Shown: positions 1-7,458 of the stretch, one piece after another
Layout: each line of letters starts with the position of its first letter
How positions within the stretch are numbered: the first letter of the stretch is position 1
Virus record (IMG/VR): IMGVR_UViG_3300031227_000026
Length of the DNA stretch: 22,505 bases
Reading direction: 5' to 3' (one strand)
Source: an uncultured virus (IMG/VR IMGVR_UViG_3300031227_000026)
Lineage: Duplodnaviria > Heunggongvirae > Uroviricota > Caudoviricetes
Program-made: the position numbers and the translations under genes
The notes under the pieces: generated by a model
Databases searched by the model: none
What the model saw: only the letters and a program-made list of their open reading frames with translations
Told to the model about the DNA's origin: nothing

Positions 1-20
1 AGGTTCTCCTAAAGTAATGT

Positions 21-54
21 AAAATAGGGGGCGGGTTCATGTCACCCGCCCCTA
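21..54 (-). terminator. Probable intrinsic terminator downstream of parB-like gene
   Basis: 9-bp GC-rich stem GGGGCGGGT (28-36) / ACCCGCCCC (44-52) with a 7-nt loop. On the minus strand it is followed by CTATTTTAC and lies about 25 nt after the parB stop codon. Confidence 0.75.
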
Positions 55-77
55 GCTTGTATGTCTTTGATATAGAA

Positions 78-1064
78 TTACTTCTTCTCGAAATTAGCCT
101 TAACCTCATCGGCAATGACTGCGGCTTCTTTAGCTTCCTTTTCCGCTTTTGCCTTTTTAGCTTCAGCTTTCTTGATCTCACGACGCTTGGCGGCTTCTGC
201 TTTTTCAGCCATCTGCGCATCATGCTTTGCTTTTTGAGCTTCAACGCTCATCGGGTCAACATGCATAACCCAACGAAGAGCAAGATTCCAACCATCGACT
301 GCCGACTTTGCACCGACTTTCTTAATCAGGCCGCCGCCAACTTTTGAGGCTTCCATCTCATCCTTAATGGCCTTAATCTTCTGCATAAATGCAGCAGGCT
401 GAAATTCAGCGGGAGTTGCATCTTTACCCTTGCGAGCCGCTTCACGAAGCTCTTTGAGGCGAGCATTAGCAGCCGCCGCAAATTCTCCAGGCGGAAGGGT
501 CATTGCACGCTCTAGGAAATCAGCTTGCTCATTGGGCGGAAGTTTCGCCAACGCATAAGCATTGACAAGACAAATACGACCTTCATCAATAAGCTCGCCA
601 GTTTTCTTATCAGCAATCTTATTGATACTAAGGCGATCCTTAATCCACGTTGCAGACTTCGCCAATTTCTCAGCAAGTTCTGATTCCGTCATCAATGGAT
701 TGCGTCCAAGAATCCTACGAAGTTGTGCCGAATACTCGCAAGGCTTTGTTTCAATCTTGTGAATATTGGTCATAATTTGCGCTTCGAGAAGCTGATCTTC
801 GTTCATCGAGAGAATGATTACGGGAATCTCGGTGAGTCCCGCTTCTCTGGCTCCTGCAAAACGATGCAAACCATCGATAAGCTCGTAGAACTTTTCGTTA
901 GTCTTTTCGTCAGTACTCCGACGAACTGAAATAGGATTCATCACACCCGATTTTCGAATCGAGTCTACAAGACCCTGAAACTGCTCAGAATCCTTCTGCA
1001 CGTTACGCAGGGCGACAGGATTCTCTCTGATTTCAGAAATCTTCAAGGTTTTCAAATCTGCCAT
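78..1064 (-). CDS. parB: ParB/RepB/Spo0J-family partition protein with Lys/Ala/Glu-rich C-terminal tail
   Basis: N-terminal ParB domain (LVDSIRKSGVMNPISVR; YELIDGLHRFAGAREAGLTEIPV; N-x-x-K/R), an HTH-like segment (TESELAEKLAKSATWIKDRL), and an AGGAG RBS at 1077-1073. Confidence 0.85.
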   Translation of the reverse strand: MADLKTLKISEIRENPVALRNVQKDSEQFQGLVDSIRKSGVMNPISVRRSTDEKTNEKFYELIDGLHRFAGAREAGLTEIPVIILSMNEDQLLEAQIMTNIHKIETKPCEYSAQLRRILGRNPLMTESELAEKLAKSATWIKDRLSINKIADKKTGELIDEGRICLVNAYALAKLPPNEQADFLERAMTLPPGEFAAAANARLKELREAARKGKDATPAEFQPAAFMQKIKAIKDEMEASKVGGGLIKKVGAKSAVDGWNLALRWVMHVDPMSVEAQKAKHDAQMAEKAEAAKRREIKKAEAKKAKAEKEAKEAAVIADEVKANFEKK

Positions 1065-1084
1065 ACTACAAGCTCCTAACTAAA

Positions 1085-1126
1085 TTATTTGATTTGGCAA
1101 ATCGTTGCATTATCAAAATCAAATCA
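1085..1126. repeat. Imperfect palindrome of the TGATTTGATTTTGA box in the parB leader
   Basis: TTATTTGATTTGGC (1085-1098, 11/14 match) ... TCAAAATCAAATCA (1113-1126, exact), with a 14-nt spacer. Confidence 0.7.
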
Positions 1127-1177
1127 CACTTGCAACATTTGCCTGCGCCGGCGGCAACATTTACCGCCGACAGAAAG

Positions 1178-1217
1178 CCGATATAGTATAATATCCGAAT
1201 GAACATAATTCGTCTAA
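1178..1217 (-). promoter_or_regulatory. Left copy of 40-bp inverted repeat; putative sigma70-like promoter for parB
   Basis: Minus strand reads TAGACG (1216-1211)-N17-TATTAT (1193-1188). 38/40 identical to the reverse complement of 1406-1445. Confidence 0.65.
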
Positions 1218-1405
1218 AGTATTTTAAAATAGTTACATGTATAAGGTATAGGAATATGATTTGATTTCGGTCTTACAGTCTTCTGGATAGAGCATTCTCA
1301 ATTACTACTGTATATTTTTTTCTTTTCTTTTTTTTTCACCAAATGGTTAAAAAACATAAGAACGTAAAATGTAATATGTTGCTATAAAAGAGTTTACAGA
1401 ATTTG

Positions 1406-1445
1406 TTAGACGATTTATGTCCATTCGGATATTATACTATATCGG
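1406..1445 (+). promoter_or_regulatory. Right copy of 40-bp inverted repeat; putative sigma70-like promoter for the primase-helicase operon
   Basis: TTAGACGATTTATGTCCATTCGGATATTATACTATATCGG contains TAGACG (1407-1412)-N17-TATTAT (1430-1435). Confidence 0.65.
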
Positions 1446-1479
1446 GAACTTTATCTTATCCCACTATCCCACTTAAAAT

Positions 1480-1517
1480 TGATTTGATTTTGACAACGTA
1501 TTCTCAAAATCAAATCA
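1480..1517. repeat. Perfect 14-bp palindrome upstream of the primase-helicase gene (candidate operator or parS-like site)
   Basis: TGATTTGATTTTGA (1480-1493)-CAACGTATTC-TCAAAATCAAATCA (1504-1517). Confidence 0.85.
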
Positions 1518-1558
1518 TAGTCTATGATTCATAAATCATCAAGCAAAGGACAAAAATC

Positions 1559-4255
1559 GTGCCTACAAAAACTAGAGCTATAATCCTTTTCTTAGAGGCA
1601 AAAACATTACCTGATCTTGCAAATCTTTATTCCCATGATATGGAATGTCAAGTCAATGTAGCTCAAGATGGTGGCGAAAGGACAGAAGGAGATTATAAGG
1701 GAAAGAAGTGGCATGGGTGGACAGACGGATTATCAACATGGAAATCTTTTCGTATTCCTTATAATGCCAATAGGGAGCCAGAATATACCGACAGTGAAAT
1801 GAACTTTGACCTAGAGGAACATGTCGAAGCAATTGGTATGACAGGATGGGATTGGAAAAATCGTGTAAGTAAGTGGGTAGCTTTTGACTTTGATGCAATG
1901 ATGGGCCACGCCTCCTCGTCTTCAAATAAAAAATTGACAAATGAAGAATTAGACAAGATTGTGTCGTCGTTACAAAATATCGATTGGGTAACGATTCGAA
2001 AGTCAACATCAGGGTCGGGTCTTCATATATACGTATTCCTTGATAATATCCCTACCGCTAATCATAATGAACATGCAGCCCTTGCCCGCAGTATCTTGGG
2101 CAAACTCTCCGCGCTTACTGGTATGGACTTTAATTCAAAAGTCGATATGTGTGGCGGCAACATGTGGGTATGGCACAGGAAATTAGCTTCCTGCCCAGAA
2201 GGTTTTACAATATTGAAGGCTGGTTCCTCGTTAGGTGAAATCTCCCCCAACTGGCGAGATCATCTTCCAGTTATTACAGGAACCCGCCGCAAGAATCTAC
2301 CTCAAGAGATTTTAGAATCGGGAAAAGAAGACTCCTTTGAAGAAATGTGTGGTCAACGTCCTACGGTTCCTCTTGATAACGAACATAAAAAACTTATAAA
2401 TTATCTCAAAGAATCCAATGCTTTATGGTGGTGGGATCAAGATCATAATATGCTTGTTACCCATACCGTGCATCTTAAGAAGGCGCACGTCAAATTAGGC
2501 TTTAAAGGATTCTTTGATACAAGTTCACCAGCTACCAACCTCAATGAACAGAACTGTTTTCTACACCCTATGCGTAAAGGCGCGTGGTCTATTCGGCGTT
2601 ATACACAAGGTGTTGAAGAACATCGATCTTGGGATCAAGATGGTCAAGGATGGACACGATGCTACTTCAATAAAGAAGCCGACTTTGGCACAGCCTGCCG
2701 ATCTTATGAGGGTCTCGAAGACCCAAAAGGCGGCTTCATGTTCAAGACAGCGGAGATAGCTGGCAAAGCTGCTTTGTTAATGGGGATTAAGCTTGATTTT
2801 GGGAATCTCGTATCGGGGCGTGAGACACATTTAAAAGTCCATAAAGACGGACGTATCATTGCATACGTTACAAAGAAGGATCAAGATACCAGTGACGAGA
2901 TGCAAGGTTGGCTCCCGAAAAAAGATAAATGGTCAAAACTCTTCATGGCTCAAACATCTATCAATTCGGAGCCTGAAGTTTCTAATTATGATGATTTAGT
3001 TAGGCATTTGATCTCGGAGACTAATGAAGATTGTGGTTGGATGATAAAATCTGGTCTCATATGGCAGGCTGAACCTTTGAACCATATCCGTGTTGCTCTT
3101 GGCTCATTAGGATTAACACCTAAAGAACAAACTGCCGTATTAGGTTCCTCAATATTTCGTTGTTGGAAGATAGTAAATAAACCGTTTCAACCAGAATATC
3201 CTGGCAATAGACAGTGGAATCGTCGAGCAGCTCAACTTAGATTTGTTCCATCACAGAATGAAGATTTACATTATAATTCATGGATCAAGATTCTTGAGCA
3301 TTGTGGAAAAGGGCTTGATGATGCTGTTAGAAGCAATGGGTGGTGTAAGGCGAACGGAATAATCAAAGGCTCGGACTATCTTAAATGTTGGATAGCGTCT
3401 TTACTACAATTCCCTACTGAGCCTTTGCCATTCTTATTTCTTTATGGGCCGCAAAATAGTGGCAAATCAATCTTCCATGAGGCTATATCGTTACTCTTAA
3501 CGAAGGGCTATGCGCGGGCTGATGCTGCGCTCATGAATCAACAAGGTTTCAATGGTGAATTGGCAGGTGCTATCTTGGGTGTCGTTGAAGAGACTGATTT
3601 ACGAAAAAATAAGACGGCATACAACCGGATCAAAGACTGGGTGACGAGCCGTGATTTTCTAATCCACCCAAAGGGCGAAACCCCATACCATCAGTCTCCT
3701 AATACATTACATTTTATTCAGTGTGCCAACGATTATCAATCATGTCCTATATTCTCTGGCGATTCCAGAATCACTATGTCTTATGTTGATACTCTTGACC
3801 CAATGGAATTGATACCTAAGAGGGTCTTGATTGATCTCTTAGAAAAGGAAGCACCGGACTTTCTAGGCTCAGTGCTTAAATTAGAGATTCCTAAATCCAA
3901 TGATCGTCTTAATATTCCTTGTTTGGAGACTGACGACAAGACGGCCGCGCAACAGCTAAATCAGACTGAGCTTGAAGTCTTCATTAGTGAGAAATGCACA
4001 CATACTTTGGGTCAGGAGCTACTCTTTGCACGATTCTACGAGAGATTCATTGAATATTTAGACCCAAATGAGGCCCATAACTGGAGCAAAATCCGTGTAG
4101 GCAAGGAGCTCCCGCCGCAATTTCCTAGAGCGCGCAAGTCTTGCGACGGTCAGATGCATATAGGAAATATTATGTGGCGGGGCGCAGAAATTGACGAGGA
4201 TGCCCCTTCACGCTATATCATAAAAGATGGCTACCTTATTGGAGCACCCGAATGA
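1559..4255 (+). CDS. Primase-polymerase (AEP-like) fused to SF3/D5-like helicase (NrS-1 polymerase-like architecture)
   Basis: AEP motifs VAFDFD and STSGSGLHIY. C-terminal Walker A (LYGPQNSGKS), Walker B (GVVEE) and a motif C-like FIQCAN. GTG start with an AAGGA RBS at 1546-1550. Confidence 0.8.
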   Translation: MPTKTRAIILFLEAKTLPDLANLYSHDMECQVNVAQDGGERTEGDYKGKKWHGWTDGLSTWKSFRIPYNANREPEYTDSEMNFDLEEHVEAIGMTGWDWKNRVSKWVAFDFDAMMGHASSSSNKKLTNEELDKIVSSLQNIDWVTIRKSTSGSGLHIYVFLDNIPTANHNEHAALARSILGKLSALTGMDFNSKVDMCGGNMWVWHRKLASCPEGFTILKAGSSLGEISPNWRDHLPVITGTRRKNLPQEILESGKEDSFEEMCGQRPTVPLDNEHKKLINYLKESNALWWWDQDHNMLVTHTVHLKKAHVKLGFKGFFDTSSPATNLNEQNCFLHPMRKGAWSIRRYTQGVEEHRSWDQDGQGWTRCYFNKEADFGTACRSYEGLEDPKGGFMFKTAEIAGKAALLMGIKLDFGNLVSGRETHLKVHKDGRIIAYVTKKDQDTSDEMQGWLPKKDKWSKLFMAQTSINSEPEVSNYDDLVRHLISETNEDCGWMIKSGLIWQAEPLNHIRVALGSLGLTPKEQTAVLGSSIFRCWKIVNKPFQPEYPGNRQWNRRAAQLRFVPSQNEDLHYNSWIKILEHCGKGLDDAVRSNGWCKANGIIKGSDYLKCWIASLLQFPTEPLPFLFLYGPQNSGKSIFHEAISLLLTKGYARADAALMNQQGFNGELAGAILGVVEETDLRKNKTAYNRIKDWVTSRDFLIHPKGETPYHQSPNTLHFIQCANDYQSCPIFSGDSRITMSYVDTLDPMELIPKRVLIDLLEKEAPDFLGSVLKLEIPKSNDRLNIPCLETDDKTAAQQLNQTELEVFISEKCTHTLGQELLFARFYERFIEYLDPNEAHNWSKIRVGKELPPQFPRARKSCDGQMHIGNIMWRGAEIDEDAPSRYIIKDGYLIGAPE

Positions 4256-4482
4256 TTCGTGAAATCTACGATAATCTAACGTCTAGTGAGCGCGATCAAT
4301 TGATGATAGCTTTTGAAGAGGGATTCGCCCAATATATAGAATTGCCTCTTGGAAAGTTTTTAGGCGTCCACATTCAACCGACGAAGAATCTAAGGATTCT
4401 TGAGGTAGCAGGATTCTGGGCTTATGGCGAGTTAGTAATTAAGGAAAAAGATAATGCCAAATTGCATAGCAAAGATGGGTAA
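4252..4482 (+). CDS. Hypothetical protein (76 aa)
   Basis: ATGA overlap with the primase stop and GGAG upstream; no recognisable motif. Confidence 0.65.
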   Translation: MIREIYDNLTSSERDQLMIAFEEGFAQYIELPLGKFLGVHIQPTKNLRILEVAGFWAYGELVIKEKDNAKLHSKDG

Positions 4483-4633
4483 AAAATGGAGAGTTATTGA
4501 ATGTGACTCTGAAAAAATAACTAAGAATGAAGCTGGAACTGCTGTAGATGGTGGCGGTCACAATACTGAAGCTGACGCCTTAGCGCAAGCTAAAGCAATC
4601 AACACCAGTCAGCATCGTAAAGGCAAATACTAA
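4454..4633 (+). CDS. Small hypothetical phage protein (59 aa), absent from the ORF track
   Basis: Own translation: MPNCIAKMGKKWRVIECDSEKITKNEAGTAVDGGGHNTEADALAQAKAINTSQHRKGKY. AAGGA at 4441-4445, and the stop overlaps the next start (TAATG 4631-4635). It fills an otherwise empty gap. Confidence 0.75.
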   Translation: MPNCIAKMGKKWRVIECDSEKITKNEAGTAVDGGGHNTEADALAQAKAINTSQHRKGKY

Positions 4634-4887
4634 TGACCACTAAAGAAATCCTACAGAAACTAGGTTGCTATGATGAAGAGCCACACTTCCTTTGTTCGGC
4701 GCTCTGGGATGTGGCCTCTTCGTTAGTGGATCTAGAAATCATTGAAAAAGCAACTAAAGGCAATGTAAACGGCAAAATCATCGTTGATCGATTTATTGAT
4801 TTGGTAATCGAAAATAGCCGACGAACGCTAAGATGCAAGAAAATAGATGTTGTTAAGAAAACGGCATTAGCTGACCTATTGAAATAA
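4633..4887 (+). CDS. Hypothetical protein (84 aa) ending KTALADLLK
   Basis: TAATG coupling with the upstream ORF; fits the operon. Confidence 0.7.
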   Translation: MTTKEILQKLGCYDEEPHFLCSALWDVASSLVDLEIIEKATKGNVNGKIIVDRFIDLVIENSRRTLRCKKIDVVKKTALADLLK

Positions 4888-4898
4888 GGAATTAAATA

Positions 4899-6134
4899 AT
4901 GGGTGAAAATCCTCTACACGACCTACTGAGTACAGAGAATGGTGTTGATACTCTATACTATCAAAGCGATAAGGTAACACTATTCTTCAGTAACTGTCTC
5001 GACATGATGAAAGACATGCCCGCCGATAGTGTCGATGCCATTGTTACCGACCCGCCATATGGCTTAGAATTCATGGGCAAGGGTTGGGATCATGGTGTGC
5101 CGGGCGTGGCGTTCTGGCGCGAGGCATTGCGGGTTGCGAAGCCGGGCGCACACATTCTGGCGTTCGGCGGGACAAGGACATTCCACCGGCTCGCCGTCGC
5201 AATCGAGGACGCGGGCTGGCAGATACGCGACACCATCGGATGGCTTTACGGTAGCGGATTCCCGAAATCAATGGACATATCAAAGGCGATTGATAAGCAG
5301 GCGGGAGCAACGCCGATTGATTTAGGGGTATCACCTAACTGGCGTGAATCTAAAAGAGACAGGGAAAAAGACGGGGGCATGGAAGTGCGCGGTGAAAATG
5401 CCGGACGACTGACCGCGCCCGCAACCGATGCGGCGAAGTCGTGGTCGGGTTGGGGCACGGCACTCAAGCCCGCGTGGGAGCCGATAATCCTCGCCCGCAA
5501 ACCCATCGTCGGCACAGTAGCCAATAATGTCCTACAGCACGGAACGGGCGGGATAAACGTTGACGGGTGCAGGGTGCAACATAATGAGGATTTATCCACA
5601 AGTTCTGACGGGCATGCCTTAGACACTAATGAGCAAGGATGGGGTTTCAAGGCAGTATCTAGAGGTAATCAAGGTCGCTTCCCCGCGAATATCATCCACG
5701 ACGGGAGCGACGAGGTAACAGAGGTATTCTCGAATGACTCCGCCCGCTTTTTCTACCAAGCTAAAGCAAGCAAGCAGGATAGGGACGAGGGGCTAGACGG
5801 CTTCGAGGCAAAACGTAGCGGCTCAATGCAGGGTAATATTGATGATGGTAATTTCCTAACCGGTAGTGGCAATCCGCGAAGAAGCACACGCTGTAACGAT
5901 CATCCAACAGTCAAGCCGACGGCGCTCATGCGGTATCTGTGCAAGCTAATCACACCGCCCGATGGCGTTATCCTCGACCCGTTCATGGGCAGTGGCTCGA
6001 CGGGCAAGGCGGCGGTGCTAGAAGGATTCAGATTTATAGGAATTGATTTGGAGATCGAATATGTCAAGATAGCAAAAGCAAGAATACTATATGGATTAGA
6101 CCCAAAGACCGCTCTTAATGAGCTACTGAAATAA
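4899..6134 (+). CDS. DNA N6-adenine/N4-cytosine methyltransferase, beta class (N6_N4_Mtase)
   Basis: SVDAIVTDPPYG (motif IV) near the N-terminus; HPTVKP and VILDPFMGSGSTG (motif I) near the C-terminus. WLYGSGFPKS and GWGTALKPAWEPI are typical of phage orphan methyltransferases. Confidence 0.92.
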   Translation: MGENPLHDLLSTENGVDTLYYQSDKVTLFFSNCLDMMKDMPADSVDAIVTDPPYGLEFMGKGWDHGVPGVAFWREALRVAKPGAHILAFGGTRTFHRLAVAIEDAGWQIRDTIGWLYGSGFPKSMDISKAIDKQAGATPIDLGVSPNWRESKRDREKDGGMEVRGENAGRLTAPATDAAKSWSGWGTALKPAWEPIILARKPIVGTVANNVLQHGTGGINVDGCRVQHNEDLSTSSDGHALDTNEQGWGFKAVSRGNQGRFPANIIHDGSDEVTEVFSNDSARFFYQAKASKQDRDEGLDGFEAKRSGSMQGNIDDGNFLTGSGNPRRSTRCNDHPTVKPTALMRYLCKLITPPDGVILDPFMGSGSTGKAAVLEGFRFIGIDLEIEYVKIAKARILYGLDPKTALNELLK

Positions 6135-6146
6135 GGAGAATGATTA

Positions 6147-6563
6147 ATGAGTAATTTAATAGAGTTTGCAGAAACAGAGTTGAGGTTGGCAGGGTTCTTT
6201 GACTATGATGGCGCAATCGGCGAGGCAGTAATGGAATTGATTAAGGTATTTGCCGAACAAGAGCACTCTGGTATGTCTGCGTCAAGATGCCGCCAGTTGT
6301 TTAACAAAGTAGCCGCCTACGAAACGCTTACGCCCATTACCGACGAACTCGACCAGTGGATTGAAGTTGATGGCAAAGGGCTGTTTCAACACAAACGTTG
6401 CAGTAATGTATTCAAAGACGCTAATGGCTCATACGATATTGATGGTCGTGTATTTCGAGAACCGAACGGTGCATGTTATACAAACTCCAAGAGCCGCACT
6501 CTAGTTACTTTTCCATATACCCCAACAACTGAATATGTTAATCAACCATTTAGTATTGATTAG
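6147..6563 (+). CDS. Conserved phage hypothetical protein
   Basis: AAGGAG RBS. The motifs F-x-x-Q-x-HSG-x-SA, LTPIT, FQHKRCS-x-VFK and VTFPY-x-P resemble a widespread uncharacterised phage family (from recall, not a search). Confidence 0.75.
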   Translation: MSNLIEFAETELRLAGFFDYDGAIGEAVMELIKVFAEQEHSGMSASRCRQLFNKVAAYETLTPITDELDQWIEVDGKGLFQHKRCSNVFKDANGSYDIDGRVFREPNGACYTNSKSRTLVTFPYTPTTEYVNQPFSID

Positions 6564-6573
6564 GAGAATACAA

Positions 6574-7443
6574 GTGAACTTCATGAAATACATCCATCTC
6601 GAACGTATAGGGTCATCTGAAGTGGAGGGCATTCTTGACGGCAAATGCCACATCTTCCCAAAAATCGATGGGGCTAACGCCTCCGCATACCTAAATAACG
6701 GTATCGTCTGTTGTGGATCTCGAAATCATGAACTCGGCGAAGAGGGCCTACAAGGCTTTGCAGAATATATTCATGGGCATGAAGGCATCAAAGACTATCT
6801 AACTAAATATCCTAATCGCAGGCTATATGGTGAGTGGCTTGTACCCCATACGCTGCGCACATATCATGAAACTTCTTGGCGTAAGTTTTATGTTTTCGAT
6901 GTTTGGGAAGACGGTAAGTTTCTACGCCATGAAGAATACTTTGAAGAACTATATCCTTTTAAAATTTATGCAATCCCACATGTTGCTATTTTAGACTACC
7001 CATCAATAACTGAATTAGAAATGTGCCGAGATGCAAATGTATGGCTAATGCAAGAAGGAGAAATAGGTGAAGGCATCGTTATTAAAAACTATGATTTTAT
7101 GAATCGCTACGGTAGAATAACATGGGCTAAGATGGTTATTAAGCAGCCCAAGATAGAGAAAACTCCTAAAGAAAGAAATGATGAACTTGAAGCTAATATT
7201 GTAGACGAGCATCTAACGGACGAGATTGTTTTGAAAGTTCTTGCTAAAATTGAGAACCAAAATGGCGGCTGGTCAACAAGTCTTATGCCACAACTACTCG
7301 GCATAGTGTGGTATGACTTCGTCCAAGAAGAAATATGGGACATCGTAAAGAAGCATAAGATGCCGACTCTCAACTTCAAATTATTACAAAAATGTGTTAA
7401 TACTAAGATTAAAAGAGTCCTACGAACAATGGGAAAACTTTAA
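6574..7443 (+). CDS. RNA ligase, Rnl2-like nucleotidyltransferase
   Basis: Motif I PKIDGANAS, then GSRN, LYGEW, FYVFDV, EGIVIKN and WAK. Start moved from 6535 to GTG 6574 because AGGAG lies at 6562-6566 (ATG 6583 is an alternative). Confidence 0.85.
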   Translation: MNFMKYIHLERIGSSEVEGILDGKCHIFPKIDGANASAYLNNGIVCCGSRNHELGEEGLQGFAEYIHGHEGIKDYLTKYPNRRLYGEWLVPHTLRTYHETSWRKFYVFDVWEDGKFLRHEEYFEELYPFKIYAIPHVAILDYPSITELEMCRDANVWLMQEGEIGEGIVIKNYDFMNRYGRITWAKMVIKQPKIEKTPKERNDELEANIVDEHLTDEIVLKVLAKIENQNGGWSTSLMPQLLGIVWYDFVQEEIWDIVKKHKMPTLNFKLLQKCVNTKIKRVLRTMGKL

Positions 7444-7458
7444 AATAAGGAGACAATC

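Larger units (their letters stand above)
1178..1445. repeat. 40-bp inverted repeat pair flanking a 188-bp AT-rich spacer (candidate origin core)
   Basis: 1178-1217 versus 1406-1445 have 2 mismatches. The spacer contains a T tract (1315-1336) and one TGATTTGATTT box (1257-1267). The repeat is seen directly; the origin role is inference. Confidence 0.9.

Noticed and set aside
39..929. Plus-strand ORFs 39-347, 562-762 and 723-929
   Set aside because: Antisense shadows of parB with no RBS or motifs; the Phe/Leu/Ser richness mirrors the Lys/Glu/Ala codons opposite.
1457..1473. TATCCCAC tandem duplication
   Set aside because: Only two 8-bp copies and no counterpart on the parB side; cannot be told from chance.
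1085..1539. Intergenic repeats as a CRISPR array, MITE/IS ends or protelomerase site
   Set aside because: No regular repeat-spacer period, no transposase or target-site duplication (flanks AAAG and GAAC), and the 40-bp arms are 188 bp apart and do not form a contiguous palindrome.
1653..2759. Short ORFs within the primase-helicase gene
   Set aside because: Fully nested or antisense to a long motif-bearing CDS.
5071..5650. Alternative-frame ORFs within the methyltransferase
   Set aside because: Expected from locally high GC and few stop codons; no independent support.
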